IMG/VR virus record: IMGVR_UViG_3300007552_000001
Direction: 5' to 3' (one strand)
Origin: an uncultured virus (IMG/VR IMGVR_UViG_3300007552_000001)
Taxonomy: Duplodnaviria; Heunggongvirae; Uroviricota; Caudoviricetes
Length of the DNA stretch: 64,000 nucleotides
Part shown: piece after piece, positions 19,005 to 29,032 of the stretch
How positions within the stretch are numbered: position 1 is the stretch's first letter
Layout: each line of letters opens with the position of its first letter
Position numbers and translations under genes: made by a program
The notes under the pieces: generated by a model
The model's database searches: none
Told to the model about the DNA's origin: nothing
What the model saw: only the letters and a program-made list of their open reading frames with translations

Positions 19005-19315
19005 TGAAGTTGAACATAAACAAGATAAACGAAGATAAGCTTCCAATTAAATATATTCTAGGAATACAAGAAGAATTAGAATCTTTTCCCGATGCATTTG
19101 ACATTGTGCATATATTTATAACTAGAGCAGTAAGACAACCTGACAGACAAAAAGCTTCTTTCACTAAACACGCCCTTAATAAATATTTTGCAAAGGGAAA
19201 GAATGAAAATGTAGATTCAGGATTAGATGAAGCAATTGGCATGGGTCTAATAGAACAAACCAATTCAAACGAAGGTAAGGAAGCTTATAAAATATTAATT
19301 AACCCATTCCTATGA
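19004..19315 (+). CDS. Hypothetical protein, possibly winged-helix
   Basis: C-term L.....GLIE.....YKI pattern. Confidence 0.55.
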   Translation: MKLNINKINEDKLPIKYILGIQEELESFPDAFDIVHIFITRAVRQPDRQKASFTKHALNKYFAKGKNENVDSGLDEAIGMGLIEQTNSNEGKEAYKILINPFL

Positions 19316-19905
19316 TAACAATTAGAGACAACTTTATTAAAGATGAAAAACTCCTCAGAGATATTGCAAATGATAACACATTTTTTGCAGATCCAGGTGT
19401 TTATTACTGGTGGAAAGGATGGTTCAACGAAGAACCAGGCCATGAACCTACAGTAAAACAAAGGCTTATATCAGCTATTTGGGCAAATGATTGCCCAATA
19501 TCTGAAGTATGGGATATAGCAGGATTTGAATATTGGACAGGTATTCAGTCTGCTAATCCTACATTAGGACATAAAGACAATTTAGGATTTCATTTTGATA
19601 AAGATGAATCTTGGTTCAAGAAAACCAACGGAGAAGAAATAGTAAGACCTGTAATAGGCACTGTATATTATCCACCACAGCCTGAGTTTGAAGGAGGAGA
19701 ATTAATAGTTCATACTGCAGGAAAGGATAAAGCGCCTGATGTAATTCAAACCCGACCTAATAGATTAATTATATTTAGAGCAGGTGATGATGTCCATGCA
19801 GTCGATACAGTTACTAAGGGAACTAGAAAGGCAATTGCAATTAATTTATGGTCAGATGTACCTTTTGCAAAAACAAATGGTGATTTAGTGGTAGAACAAG
19901 TATAA
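19312..19905 (+). CDS. 2OG-Fe(II) oxygenase
   Basis: HFD...GGEL...NRLIIF...H.V..V..G.R. Confidence 0.85.
   Translation: MITIRDNFIKDEKLLRDIANDNTFFADPGVYYWWKGWFNEEPGHEPTVKQRLISAIWANDCPISEVWDIAGFEYWTGIQSANPTLGHKDNLGFHFDKDESWFKKTNGEEIVRPVIGTVYYPPQPEFEGGELIVHTAGKDKAPDVIQTRPNRLIIFRAGDDVHAVDTVTKGTRKAIAINLWSDVPFAKTNGDLVVEQV
19871..19897 (+). promoter_or_regulatory. Putative middle promoter AAAC-N16-GTAGAAC upstream of helicase
   Basis: Motif match within the 3' end of the upstream gene. Confidence 0.55.
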
Positions 19906-19915
19906 AAACTATAAT

Positions 19916-21229
19916 ATGAAATTTGGACCTGATTTTGAAAAAATATTCTTTAAATTATCTTTACAGAAACCTAAGTATCTAGGAAATATTAAACGAGGAT
20001 TCTACACCTCAGAAGATATTGACTTAATACACTTCCTTGCTACTAAGTTCTATGACAAATTTCATGAAACTCCTTCTAGTGAGCAAATGAAATTGCTTAT
20101 TAAGAATGATAAGATTTCAGGAAAGGTTGAAGAGTCGATTATAGATATTGTGTATAATGTAGACCTTGATCAATATGACGAAGAATGGTTAACTTCTACA
20201 GCCGAAGCATGGATTAAATGGCGTAACTTTGATAATACTCTTATAGATACTATTGAGTATATTAAAACAACTGAAGTAACACCGGATAATGCAGACTCGA
20301 TCATCTCTAAGGTTAAAACTTTAATTAATGATAGAAACTCTATCGTATTTAACTCTGACCTAGGATTAGACTTCTTTAAACCGGAGGATCACTCTTTCGA
20401 AGATGCCGTTAAAGTATCTACAGGATATAACTTTTTAGATCGAGCCTTAAACGGTGGTTATGATAAAGATGGTTCTTTAGTTGTTTATGTAGGTGAACAG
20501 AATATCGGTAAATCAATTTACCTTGCTAATGATGCTGCTAATTTTGTAAAGATGGGAACAAACACTGCAGTAATCACTGCAGAAATGTCAGCTATTAAAT
20601 TTATGAAAAGAATCGGTTCTAATTTACTAAGCATAAATATTTCAGAATACGAAGAAAAATCTAAAAATTCTGATTTGATCAAAAGAAAATTAGAAACAGT
20701 AGGAGACGGCTTTACTCCTCCTGGTCAATTATTTGTAAAACAATTTCCAACATCACAGGCGACTGTTCCAGATATTGAAGCATACTTGAAGCAAATTGAA
20801 GAAGAAAGAAAAATAAAACTAGGTGCAGTGGTTATTGACTATATTAATATTCTTTCTAATTTTAGAAATCCTAATTCTGAAAACACATATCTTAAGATCA
20901 AGCAAATTGCAGAAGATCTTAGAGCAATGGGTGTAAGAAACGGATGGCTAATTGTAACAGCAACACAGATTACAAGAAACGGTTATAATTCAAGCGATAT
21001 CACAATGACAGATGTTGCAGAATCAGCAGGTCTATCACATACTGCAGATATTATGCTTGGTATTATACAAGACGATATGATGAGAGCTAGTTATGAATAC
21101 TGGCTTAAAATATTGAAAATACGAGACGGTGAAGGTAGAGGATCTAAATGTAAATTAGGAATTAACTATAATTACATGAGACTTACAGAGACCGATGAAG
21201 TTACTAATTCTAACATACACAGCTTATAA
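19916..21229 (+). CDS. gp41: Replicative DnaB-like helicase
   Basis: GEQNIGKS, ITAEM, IDYINI, IAEDLR, TATQ..R, ES.GL..TAD, K.RDG. Confidence 0.92.
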   Translation: MKFGPDFEKIFFKLSLQKPKYLGNIKRGFYTSEDIDLIHFLATKFYDKFHETPSSEQMKLLIKNDKISGKVEESIIDIVYNVDLDQYDEEWLTSTAEAWIKWRNFDNTLIDTIEYIKTTEVTPDNADSIISKVKTLINDRNSIVFNSDLGLDFFKPEDHSFEDAVKVSTGYNFLDRALNGGYDKDGSLVVYVGEQNIGKSIYLANDAANFVKMGTNTAVITAEMSAIKFMKRIGSNLLSINISEYEEKSKNSDLIKRKLETVGDGFTPPGQLFVKQFPTSQATVPDIEAYLKQIEEERKIKLGAVVIDYINILSNFRNPNSENTYLKIKQIAEDLRAMGVRNGWLIVTATQITRNGYNSSDITMTDVAESAGLSHTADIMLGIIQDDMMRASYEYWLKILKIRDGEGRGSKCKLGINYNYMRLTETDEVTNSNIHSL

Positions 21230-21231
21230 TT

Positions 21232-21678
21232 ATGAGAACAAAAAGAGATAAAATATTTGACAACACTTTCGAAGACGGCGGAGACTTTGAACTAAATGGA
21301 ACTATTTCATTTAACCTTAATCCACAATACACGGATAACAGAGACGAAGAAGATAAAATAGAAAGTGAACAAATCAGAAATAAGATTCATGAATTAATAG
21401 AGGCTTCAAGATTTAAGAAGTTTAATGAGGTAGATGAATTTCAACAAATAACTAAATTAAGAAAATTAGACATAAACGAAGTGTATGGTTTTATGTATGA
21501 CGAGCTAAGTACAAAGTTTTCTATAATAGATTTATTTTCAGAACTATGCGACTACTTCAATATTAATCCAACTAAATTTTATTCTTCACTAAGTAACAAA
21601 TATAAGGAAGCCCTTATTCAAGAACTTGACAAGAAAACAAACGTCTTAAAAAGAAAGAACATAAATAAACTTTTCTAA
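21232..21678 (+). CDS. Possible gp33-like late-transcription coactivator
   Basis: IDLFSELCDYFNINPTKFYSSLSNKYKEALIQE resembles the gp33 core; ends in NKLF. Confidence 0.4.
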   Translation: MRTKRDKIFDNTFEDGGDFELNGTISFNLNPQYTDNRDEEDKIESEQIRNKIHELIEASRFKKFNEVDEFQQITKLRKLDINEVYGFMYDELSTKFSIIDLFSELCDYFNINPTKFYSSLSNKYKEALIQELDKKTNVLKRKNINKLF

Positions 21679-21680
21679 AA

Positions 21681-22796
21681 ATGATAGAGCCAAAGGTATT
21701 AGAGAAACCAGTAAATAGAATCTGGATTCTCGGAGATATGCACCTTGGAGTTCGTTCTAATTCTCTGGAATGGTTACAGACACAGAAAGATTTTTACGAA
21801 AACCAATTTATTCCAACACTAAAAAGAGATGTCAAAGAAGGCGACATTTTAGTTCAGGTTGGAGATGCATTTGATAATAGACAAAGTATAAACTTAAGAG
21901 TTCTGCACTATGCTGTAGATCTTTTTGAAAGACTAGGTGAAATTTTGCCAGTTCATGTTATATGCGGTAACCATGATATATGGGCTAAAAAATCCAATGA
22001 TGTAAGTTCGATAGATTCTTTAAAGTGGATTCCTAACGTTGCAGTATATAAGGAACCTAGGGAATTTAAATGGGGAGGAAAGAAAGTTCTCTTAATGCCA
22101 TGGAGAAGAGATTCCACACATGAAGCAGAAACACTTGCACAATTTCCAAATTCAAATATTGTATTTTGCCATTCTGAAGTTTCAGGAGTTTCTTTAAATT
22201 CTAAAGTTAAAAACCACCATGGAACAGATACTATTTCTTATAAAAACTATGATGCAGTTTATTCAGGACATATTCATTATAGACAAACTAAAGGAAAGTT
22301 AAGATTAGTAGGAACTCCTTACGAATTAACAAGATCTGATTCAGGTAACACCAAGGGCTTTGATATGGTTGATCTAGGAACCATGGAAGAAACCTTTTAC
22401 GAAAATACTATATCACCTAAGTTCGTAAAGTTTTATCTTACAGGTCTTTACAGTGTTTCTCTTGGTGAATTTAAAGATAAGATTAGAAATAATTATGTAG
22501 ATTTATATGTTCCTTCTAATATTGCAACAACAAGTGCACTGTCAAGATTAATAAACAAAATACAAAAAATAGGTAGAAGAATAGAACCAAACATATACGA
22601 ATCGGATTCTTTTTTAGACAAAGACCTTTACGATATGGATGAAATAGAAGATCTCTATAAGAACTATAACATTCTACACCTATGTAATACGTTCGTTGAT
22701 GGTCTACAGCATGACGATGAAACCCGAAAAAGAGTTAAGATCAGCTTAAAAAACTTGCATGATAAATGTGCATATAATTACGACAACGAAGCATGA
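21681..22796 (+). CDS. gp47: Mre11/SbcD-like nuclease
   Basis: GDMHLG, GDAFD, GNHD, GHIH. Confidence 0.92.
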   Translation: MIEPKVLEKPVNRIWILGDMHLGVRSNSLEWLQTQKDFYENQFIPTLKRDVKEGDILVQVGDAFDNRQSINLRVLHYAVDLFERLGEILPVHVICGNHDIWAKKSNDVSSIDSLKWIPNVAVYKEPREFKWGGKKVLLMPWRRDSTHEAETLAQFPNSNIVFCHSEVSGVSLNSKVKNHHGTDTISYKNYDAVYSGHIHYRQTKGKLRLVGTPYELTRSDSGNTKGFDMVDLGTMEETFYENTISPKFVKFYLTGLYSVSLGEFKDKIRNNYVDLYVPSNIATTSALSRLINKIQKIGRRIEPNIYESDSFLDKDLYDMDEIEDLYKNYNILHLCNTFVDGLQHDDETRKRVKISLKNLHDKCAYNYDNEA

Positions 22797-24466
22797 AAAT
22801 CAAATCAATAGAATTTAAAAACTTTGCATCATACGGTAATTCAATTCAAAAAATAGAATTCGAAGATGATAAGGCGGAATTGTTATTGACTCTCGGTAAA
22901 AATGGCCATGGTAAAACTACAATAGCAAATGCAATAGTGTATGCGCTTTATGGTAAAGTTGAAGGCGTTAAGATGGCAGACCTTCCAAATAGAATTAACA
23001 AAGAATTATGGGTAAGAATAGAACTTCAATGTAAAACGACAACAGTAGAGATTGAAAGGGGTTTAATGCCTAACAGATTTAAAGTTCTTTTAAATGGAAT
23101 TGAATTTGATAAAGCAGGTAAGAAATCAGTTCAAGATTATTTAGAAGAAGAGATATTTGGAATTCCATACCATGTATTTAAAAATATTATTATTTTATCA
23201 GTAAATGATTTTAAGTCTTTTTTGACAATGACAAATCATGATAAAAGACAAATCATTGATAAGATGTTTGGTTTCTCTATCCTTAATGATATGCAAAAGC
23301 AGATCAAAGATGAAAGAAGAGATCTTAAAATAGAATTAGATTCTTATGAAAAAGAATTAAGTCAGCTTAGTGAAAACATAGTTTCTGTTAATATGAAATT
23401 AAATCAATTATTAGCAGAAGCTGACACTAAAAACAAAGAAGAAATAGAATCTTTAAAAACCAGCCTTAAAAAATATGATTCTAATAGGCTTAAATTAGAA
23501 GAAGCAAGCACTAAGGTGTCAGGTATGATATCTTCTAATTCTTCTGACTTACAAGAAAAGCAATCTAAATATACTTCACTTAAATATGAGTTAGTAGAAT
23601 TAAAGAAAAAGCTTGCATTATACGAAACTGACAAATGCCCAACGTGTGAAGGTGAACTAACTTCTTCTTTTCACCAGGAAAGGAAAAAAGAAATAGAATC
23701 TAAGGCAGAATCTCTTCCATCAGATATTTCAAATGCTGAAGTAAAGGTTAACGATATTAAATCTAATATTGCAGATTTAAGAATTAAAGACAAGGCAATT
23801 AACGATAAGGTATCTACTATTAATACTAACATTAGAAATCTAAAGAATGAATTGGTAAAGATAAAGGATTCTTTAAACTCTAATAATGACTTTTCACATT
23901 TAAAACAAATCATTGAAGAATTTGAAACGCAAGAATCATCAAAGTCAAACTTAAAAGATGAAACTTCTGGTAACTATAACTTCTTAGAAATAATAGAAGA
24001 AGTTTTAGGCGAAGATGGTGTTAAAAACCTAGCGATACAAACTATTCTACCGGGTCTTAATGCTAACATAGCGGCGATGGGCCAAACGATGCACCTACCC
24101 TTTCATATAAGGTTTGATGAAAAGTTTAATTGTCTTATTAATCATTTAGGAGAAGAGATTAATCCACTTACACTATCAACAGGTGAAAGAAAGAAAGCAG
24201 ACTTTATTATAATCATAGCTATCATTAAAATACTTAAATTAAGATTTCCACAATTAAATCTTTTATTCTTAGATGAGTTATTATCTTCAGTAGATGCAGA
24301 TGGAGTTCACAACATTCTTAAAATTCTATCACAGGTTATTAAAGATAGTAAGATTAATACTTTCGTAATTAATCACACCGTTCTTCCACATGAATTATTT
24401 GATAAAAAGATACAAATATATAGAGAAAATGGATTCTCTAAACTCGATATAGAGGTTATAGAATAA
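22793..24466 (+). CDS. gp46: Rad50/SbcC-like ATPase
   Basis: GKNGHGKT, CPTC hook, LSTGE, LFLDE. Confidence 0.93.
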   Translation: MKIKSIEFKNFASYGNSIQKIEFEDDKAELLLTLGKNGHGKTTIANAIVYALYGKVEGVKMADLPNRINKELWVRIELQCKTTTVEIERGLMPNRFKVLLNGIEFDKAGKKSVQDYLEEEIFGIPYHVFKNIIILSVNDFKSFLTMTNHDKRQIIDKMFGFSILNDMQKQIKDERRDLKIELDSYEKELSQLSENIVSVNMKLNQLLAEADTKNKEEIESLKTSLKKYDSNRLKLEEASTKVSGMISSNSSDLQEKQSKYTSLKYELVELKKKLALYETDKCPTCEGELTSSFHQERKKEIESKAESLPSDISNAEVKVNDIKSNIADLRIKDKAINDKVSTINTNIRNLKNELVKIKDSLNSNNDFSHLKQIIEEFETQESSKSNLKDETSGNYNFLEIIEEVLGEDGVKNLAIQTILPGLNANIAAMGQTMHLPFHIRFDEKFNCLINHLGEEINPLTLSTGERKKADFIIIIAIIKILKLRFPQLNLLFLDELLSSVDADGVHNILKILSQVIKDSKINTFVINHTVLPHELFDKKIQIYRENGFSKLDIEVIE

Positions 24467-24467
24467 A

Positions 24468-24475
24468 GATATATA
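24468..24475 (+). promoter_or_regulatory. Putative late promoter GATATATA
   Basis: Motif match. Confidence 0.65.
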
Positions 24476-24502
24476 AACCAAATAAAAAGATTTCACTTAA
24501 AC

Positions 24503-25840
24503 ATGAATAACAAAATCTTAAAATACGATCAGTATTTAAATGAGGCTATGAAAACAGGTTCAATCGAACTTGTAAATCCTTCTCTAAATAAAGCAGCTAC
24601 AATAATCGCAAGATTTGTAAATAAGAAAACAAAGAAGGACTTTAAAAAGTTTCCATTTGAAATGATAACAGATATGGGTTCTGGAGTAATGTTTTACTCG
24701 AGTAAAGGTACAGAGGCATTTATGGTAACTGCCGCTGCGGCAAAAAACCCTGGTATTGTGGGTTCTATAATCTATTTCTCAGATGCAGCAAACGCTAAAT
24801 CTGATTTTTCTATTTCATCTGAAACATTCCCAATCGTTAAATTAGTTGGAGAATTCGTTAGATTAATGGATAAAAAATACGTTGCATCTATACAGGAGTC
24901 AATGTTATTAGAAAGAAGAACTAAAAGAGCATTCTCTAAAGAAGAAATTAAAATGATCGAGGCTAAATTAGCAGCTGGAATGGCCGTTAATAAAATAGCA
25001 GACGAATTAGAAGTTCCTTATTCTTCAATCATGAATATTAAGAAAGGACAACAGGTTGCAATAAAGCCTACTGCTGCTGAAACACAAAATGATATGACAC
25101 TTAATGATAAGGTTAAATATCTTGAAGAAACAATGGAAGATATTTATGAAATATCTAGAAGAGTGGCTGCAGGTGCATTTAATTCCTTATTTATTTCGGG
25201 TAGAGCAGGTACTGGTAAAACATATAATGTAGAAAGAGCAATGAAAGATGAAGGTCTTGTTGACGAAGAAGATTACGTTATGGTTTCAGGTGCAGCATCT
25301 GTTATTATGATGTATAAGAAATTCTATCAATATAGAAATAAGACATTAATCTTTGATGACTGTGATGCAGTATTTAGAGATGAAAACGGTAGAAACTTAA
25401 TGAAAGCGGCATTAGATACAAAGAAAGTAAGAAAAATCTCTTATTTAAAAAAGACTAAAGCAGTATACGATCCTAAAGACGTGAGTCCTGAAGAAGCATT
25501 TAATTTAGAAGAAAGCGGAATTGTTCCTAACTCATTTGAATTTGCAGGAAGAGTAATCTTTATTTCTAATTTAGCAAAAGAAAAGGCAGATCCAGATGGA
25601 GCTATTAGATCTAGATCTATTTTAGTAGATGTAAATCCTGACGATGCAACTTTAATGGAAAGAATGGAAAGGTTATTACCTCATTTAGAACCTACTGAGA
25701 TGCCACTTAAAGAAAAGGAAGAAATCTACGAATTTATGAAAAATGCAAACGATATCTCTATGAGAACATTCGTTAAAGCAGCTGGTTTAAAAATGTCCGG
25801 TTTACCAAATTGGCAAAGAGCAGCGACAAGATACCTATAA
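24503..25840 (+). CDS. HTH + AAA ATPase protein with capsid-targeting-like N-terminus
   Basis: ILKYDQYLNEA; HTH AVNKIADELEVPYSSI; GRAGTGKT; LIFDDCD; FISN; AIRSR. Confidence 0.75.
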   Translation: MNNKILKYDQYLNEAMKTGSIELVNPSLNKAATIIARFVNKKTKKDFKKFPFEMITDMGSGVMFYSSKGTEAFMVTAAAAKNPGIVGSIIYFSDAANAKSDFSISSETFPIVKLVGEFVRLMDKKYVASIQESMLLERRTKRAFSKEEIKMIEAKLAAGMAVNKIADELEVPYSSIMNIKKGQQVAIKPTAAETQNDMTLNDKVKYLEETMEDIYEISRRVAAGAFNSLFISGRAGTGKTYNVERAMKDEGLVDEEDYVMVSGAASVIMMYKKFYQYRNKTLIFDDCDAVFRDENGRNLMKAALDTKKVRKISYLKKTKAVYDPKDVSPEEAFNLEESGIVPNSFEFAGRVIFISNLAKEKADPDGAIRSRSILVDVNPDDATLMERMERLLPHLEPTEMPLKEKEEIYEFMKNANDISMRTFVKAAGLKMSGLPNWQRAATRYL

Positions 25841-25843
25841 TAG

Positions 25844-26659
25844 ATGGCTACATATAATCTTAAATATAATTCAGATGATTCAGTTGTTAGGCACATAATA
25901 ATTGGCCTAATAGCAGACTTAAATAATAAAGTATATTTTTATAGACAGTCTAGTGAGAGTGAAAGAAAAATAATTGATGTTCCTTTCTATTATTCAGTTA
26001 CGGGAGATGATCAATTTCTAAGAGATACTTTCTTATTTACTACACCAAGCGGAGAAGATTGCTATCCTGATCCTGGGTTCGCAGATGGAAATTATGATGC
26101 AATTCCAAGGGGAGTAGCTAGAATAACTTCAATGGCAATAGAATCCTCTAAACTAGTTAATAAAAGAATAATGGGAAATTATTCTAAACTAGATAAAGAT
26201 GGATCTTTACAAGCTTTTTCTGCTGAGGTTGAAATGATTCCAGTAACAGTTAGTTTTGATATAGAGATATTAGTATCTTCTAGTCTTGATTCATTTAAGA
26301 TCACTGAAATGATTATCAAAAGATTATATAAGTCAAATTATTTTAACGTAGAGGTAGGTCATTTAGACGAGGCAACATACAGATTATCTTCGTACTATTC
26401 TTTACCCGAGGATTATGGTCAAGAAAATCCAATAGACTTTGGATTTGACGACAAAGAAAATTATAAAATAACATTCCCAATAGAAGTAAACTCATTTATT
26501 CCTTCGTTTGAATTTGAAACAGAAGTACATGCAGGAAATAGAATGTTTGAAATAAAACAAAAATCAATTACATCTAATAAAGGAGAAGCAAAGGATGAGC
26601 AAATACAGGCACAACCTGACGATCCTAATATAATTGATGAAAACAATACAGATATATAG
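25844..26659 (+). CDS. gp15: Tail sheath stabiliser/terminator
   Basis: VRHIIIG..ADLNN...R.....IDVPFYY and IPRG...S...ES patterns. Confidence 0.7.
   Translation: MATYNLKYNSDDSVVRHIIIGLIADLNNKVYFYRQSSESERKIIDVPFYYSVTGDDQFLRDTFLFTTPSGEDCYPDPGFADGNYDAIPRGVARITSMAIESSKLVNKRIMGNYSKLDKDGSLQAFSAEVEMIPVTVSFDIEILVSSSLDSFKITEMIIKRLYKSNYFNVEVGHLDEATYRLSSYYSLPEDYGQENPIDFGFDDKENYKITFPIEVNSFIPSFEFETEVHAGNRMFEIKQKSITSNKGEAKDEQIQAQPDDPNIIDENNTDI
26651..26658 (+). promoter_or_regulatory. Putative late promoter GATATATA
   Basis: Motif match. Confidence 0.6.
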
Positions 26660-26688
26660 TTAAACAATAAAATTAAACGAATAACAAA

Positions 26689-27441
26689 ATGACAAACATG
26701 TTAGCACCTTTCGTAAAAATTGAAGAAAACGTTCAATTCTATTTAAATAATAGAGCTTACGAAATAAAAGAAAACAACATTGAAATTATCGAAAGACCAA
26801 CTAATAAAGAATTTTTAAACGCAATCACGGCTTTTGAAAATTTCGATATAGTAGGAAACGATATTAAATGGTATAACAAAGGTTCAAAATTTATTTACAA
26901 CATTGAAGAAGGAAAGTTCTACAATGGAACATCTGAAATTAATGAATCATTTTCAACATACGTATTAGCCAGCGGACTAGTTAGATATGAAAACAAAAAT
27001 AAAGCTGAATTATTTGAAAGCCTTTCTACTATTGTAGAAAATTTCATGTATTTAGACTTCGCTACCACGTATAAGAAGGGAGGTGTCACTGTTGATTTAT
27101 TTAAATTAGATGAAAATCTATTTATTTCAAGATTCAACAAAGACACCAAATTAAATAAATTCTTTTCAGCTACCGCTAATGAAGCAGTATCTTATATTAA
27201 AGCAGAAACTTCAGAAGACGCTTCAGGTGTAGTAATTGAAATGCTAGAAGGAGAAACTTTAGAACTTGCTAAGAAATCTGAAGAAATTTCAAAGTTTGAA
27301 GAAATGATTTCTTTCTTAAAAGATCAAAGAGATTTATTAGCTGAAGCTGATAAATCAATTGAAGAAATTAAAGCCGCTGATGCTTTAATTAATTCAGAGA
27401 TTAAAGTATGGGAAGATAAGATTGAAGCTTTAAACGCATAA
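26689..27441 (+). CDS. Hypothetical late protein with C-terminal coiled coil
   Basis: ORF between late motif and terminator. Confidence 0.65.
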   Translation: MTNMLAPFVKIEENVQFYLNNRAYEIKENNIEIIERPTNKEFLNAITAFENFDIVGNDIKWYNKGSKFIYNIEEGKFYNGTSEINESFSTYVLASGLVRYENKNKAELFESLSTIVENFMYLDFATTYKKGGVTVDLFKLDENLFISRFNKDTKLNKFFSATANEAVSYIKAETSEDASGVVIEMLEGETLELAKKSEEISKFEEMISFLKDQRDLLAEADKSIEEIKAADALINSEIKVWEDKIEALNA

Positions 27442-27463
27442 GACGTATCATCGTAAAATAGAG

Positions 27464-27486
27464 AAGGGACCATTGGTCCCTTTTTT
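27464..27486 (+). terminator. Intrinsic terminator
   Basis: AAGGGACC-ATT-GGTCCCTT followed by T run. Confidence 0.8.
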
Positions 27487-27494
27487 AGGTTAAT

Positions 27495-27521
27495 AAACTT
27501 TTTAACATTTTTGAGTATAAT
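27495..27521 (+). promoter_or_regulatory. Putative middle promoter driving the late sigma gene
   Basis: AAAC-N16-GTATAAT. Confidence 0.72.
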
Positions 27522-27545
27522 CTCTATAAATAAACCAACAACACT

Positions 27546-27929
27546 GTGGCTAAAAGAAGAAAATCAAAAAACTATTTAAATAACAGAGACCTCTTTGATC
27601 AAATGGTCCTTTCAAAAGAACAGGATAAATTAACAAGAGATGCTGAAAAAATGCTAATTCTCTTGGCAGAAAAGGCGATCAATAGAATGAGGTATGTTAG
27701 TGAAGATGATAGGAACGATTGTCTACAATTTGCTATATTAGACCTTTTAAAATATTGGAGAAACTTCAATCCTAAATATCCAAATGCATTTGCTTATTTC
27801 ACAGAGATAGCAAAGAGAGGATATGCCAAAGGATGGAATAAGATTCATCCTCAAAAATACAAAGGAACTCTATCTATAGACAAAGGATCAGGCAACTCTG
27901 AAAATCAAACAGGAATTTATAGCATCTAA
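27546..27929 (+). CDS. gp55: Late sigma factor (short, GTG start)
   Basis: NYLNNRDL and NFNPKYPNAFAYFTEI match gp55 motifs. Confidence 0.82.
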   Translation: MAKRRKSKNYLNNRDLFDQMVLSKEQDKLTRDAEKMLILLAEKAINRMRYVSEDDRNDCLQFAILDLLKYWRNFNPKYPNAFAYFTEIAKRGYAKGWNKIHPQKYKGTLSIDKGSGNSENQTGIYSI

Positions 27930-28417
27930 TGTCAATAAAGAATGTCAAACCAACTAAAAATTCAGGATTCAATCAAGGTTATTATAAACCTAATAATCCT
28001 TCTAAATATGCAGGACCTACTCCTATCATATATAGAAGCTCTTGGGAACGTAAGTTTATGATGTGGTGTGACAAAAATGAAAAGGTAAGTATGTGGTCAA
28101 GTGAACCTGTTGAAATACCATATTGGTCTAGACAAGATTCTACCAAAAGAAAATATTACCCTGATTTTTATTTTAAGGCAATTCAGCCTGATGAAACTGC
28201 TAAAGAATATCTAGTAGAAATCAAACCAAAGCAACAGATACAAAAACCAGAGCCTCCTAAAGTAAATTCTAAGAAGGCTCTTAAGTCATATAAATTTTTA
28301 GCAGAGCAATATGTTAAAAATATGGATAAATATAATGCAGCTAAAGAATTCTGCTCTCAAAGAAATTGGAACTTCATAGTTCTAACGGAAGAAACTATAA
28401 TCAATGGGCTACATTAA
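27929..28417 (+). CDS. gp4: Head completion nuclease (TnsA-like)
   Basis: P.KY.G....IYRSSWE, WSSE...IPY, YYPDF, VEIKP. Confidence 0.88.
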   Translation: MSIKNVKPTKNSGFNQGYYKPNNPSKYAGPTPIIYRSSWERKFMMWCDKNEKVSMWSSEPVEIPYWSRQDSTKRKYYPDFYFKAIQPDETAKEYLVEIKPKQQIQKPEPPKVNSKKALKSYKFLAEQYVKNMDKYNAAKEFCSQRNWNFIVLTEETIINGLH

Positions 28418-29000
28418 AGAAGAAATAAAGAAATTAATAAAGGGCAAAGGAAGGGCTAAGGCTTCTAAAGAATCGATAGCCTGGTTTGAAAGTGGTCTTA
28501 AAGATAGAAAAGAAAAGGCAGTAGGGTCTACTAGGAGCAGGTTTATACCAGGTAAATTATATGTATTTAATTATAAACCAGTCTCAGAAAATTTAATGTG
28601 GTTTGATGATAAGCCAGTAGTTCTTGCATTAGATCCTTATAACGGAGATGATATAGGAGTAAATATAACAATACTTCCTCCTAACATCAGAGAAGATTTT
28701 TTAGACGAAGTATATGAAAAGTATTCTGCGATAATAAAAGCAGCATCTAAAACAAAAAGTGCAGATGCACAGAGAGGATTACCTAAATTTTCATATATAG
28801 GTGCAAAAAAGTATTTAGAGAAATCCGGATATGATTTTGCAATAAGAAGGTATAAGAAAACTGGTAAATCTAATCAAGCTGTAGTTGCATATAAGGATTG
28901 GTGTAAAATGGCAATTATCGACTTTAATTCCTTACAGGGAATTAATAAAGAGCAGCTTATTAAATTATTTGAAGATCATCGTAGAAAAAAGAATATATAA
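28404..29000 (+). CDS. gp2: DNA end protector-like protein
   Basis: PGKLYVFNY, D..P.VL, G.N...LPP, IRRY. Confidence 0.7.
   Translation: MGYIKEEIKKLIKGKGRAKASKESIAWFESGLKDRKEKAVGSTRSRFIPGKLYVFNYKPVSENLMWFDDKPVVLALDPYNGDDIGVNITILPPNIREDFLDEVYEKYSAIIKAASKTKSADAQRGLPKFSYIGAKKYLEKSGYDFAIRRYKKTGKSNQAVVAYKDWCKMAIIDFNSLQGINKEQLIKLFEDHRRKKNI
28992..28999 (+). promoter_or_regulatory. Putative late promoter AATATATA
   Basis: Motif match upstream of portal. Confidence 0.6.
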
Positions 29001-29032
29001 AGAGAAGTATAATACAATTGTAATTTTAACAC

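Noticed and set aside
27929..28417. TnsA-like ORF as a transposon or homing endonuclease
   Set aside because: Motifs and position (with gp2 and portal) fit the T4 gp4 head-completion nuclease; no transposon ends or partner genes.
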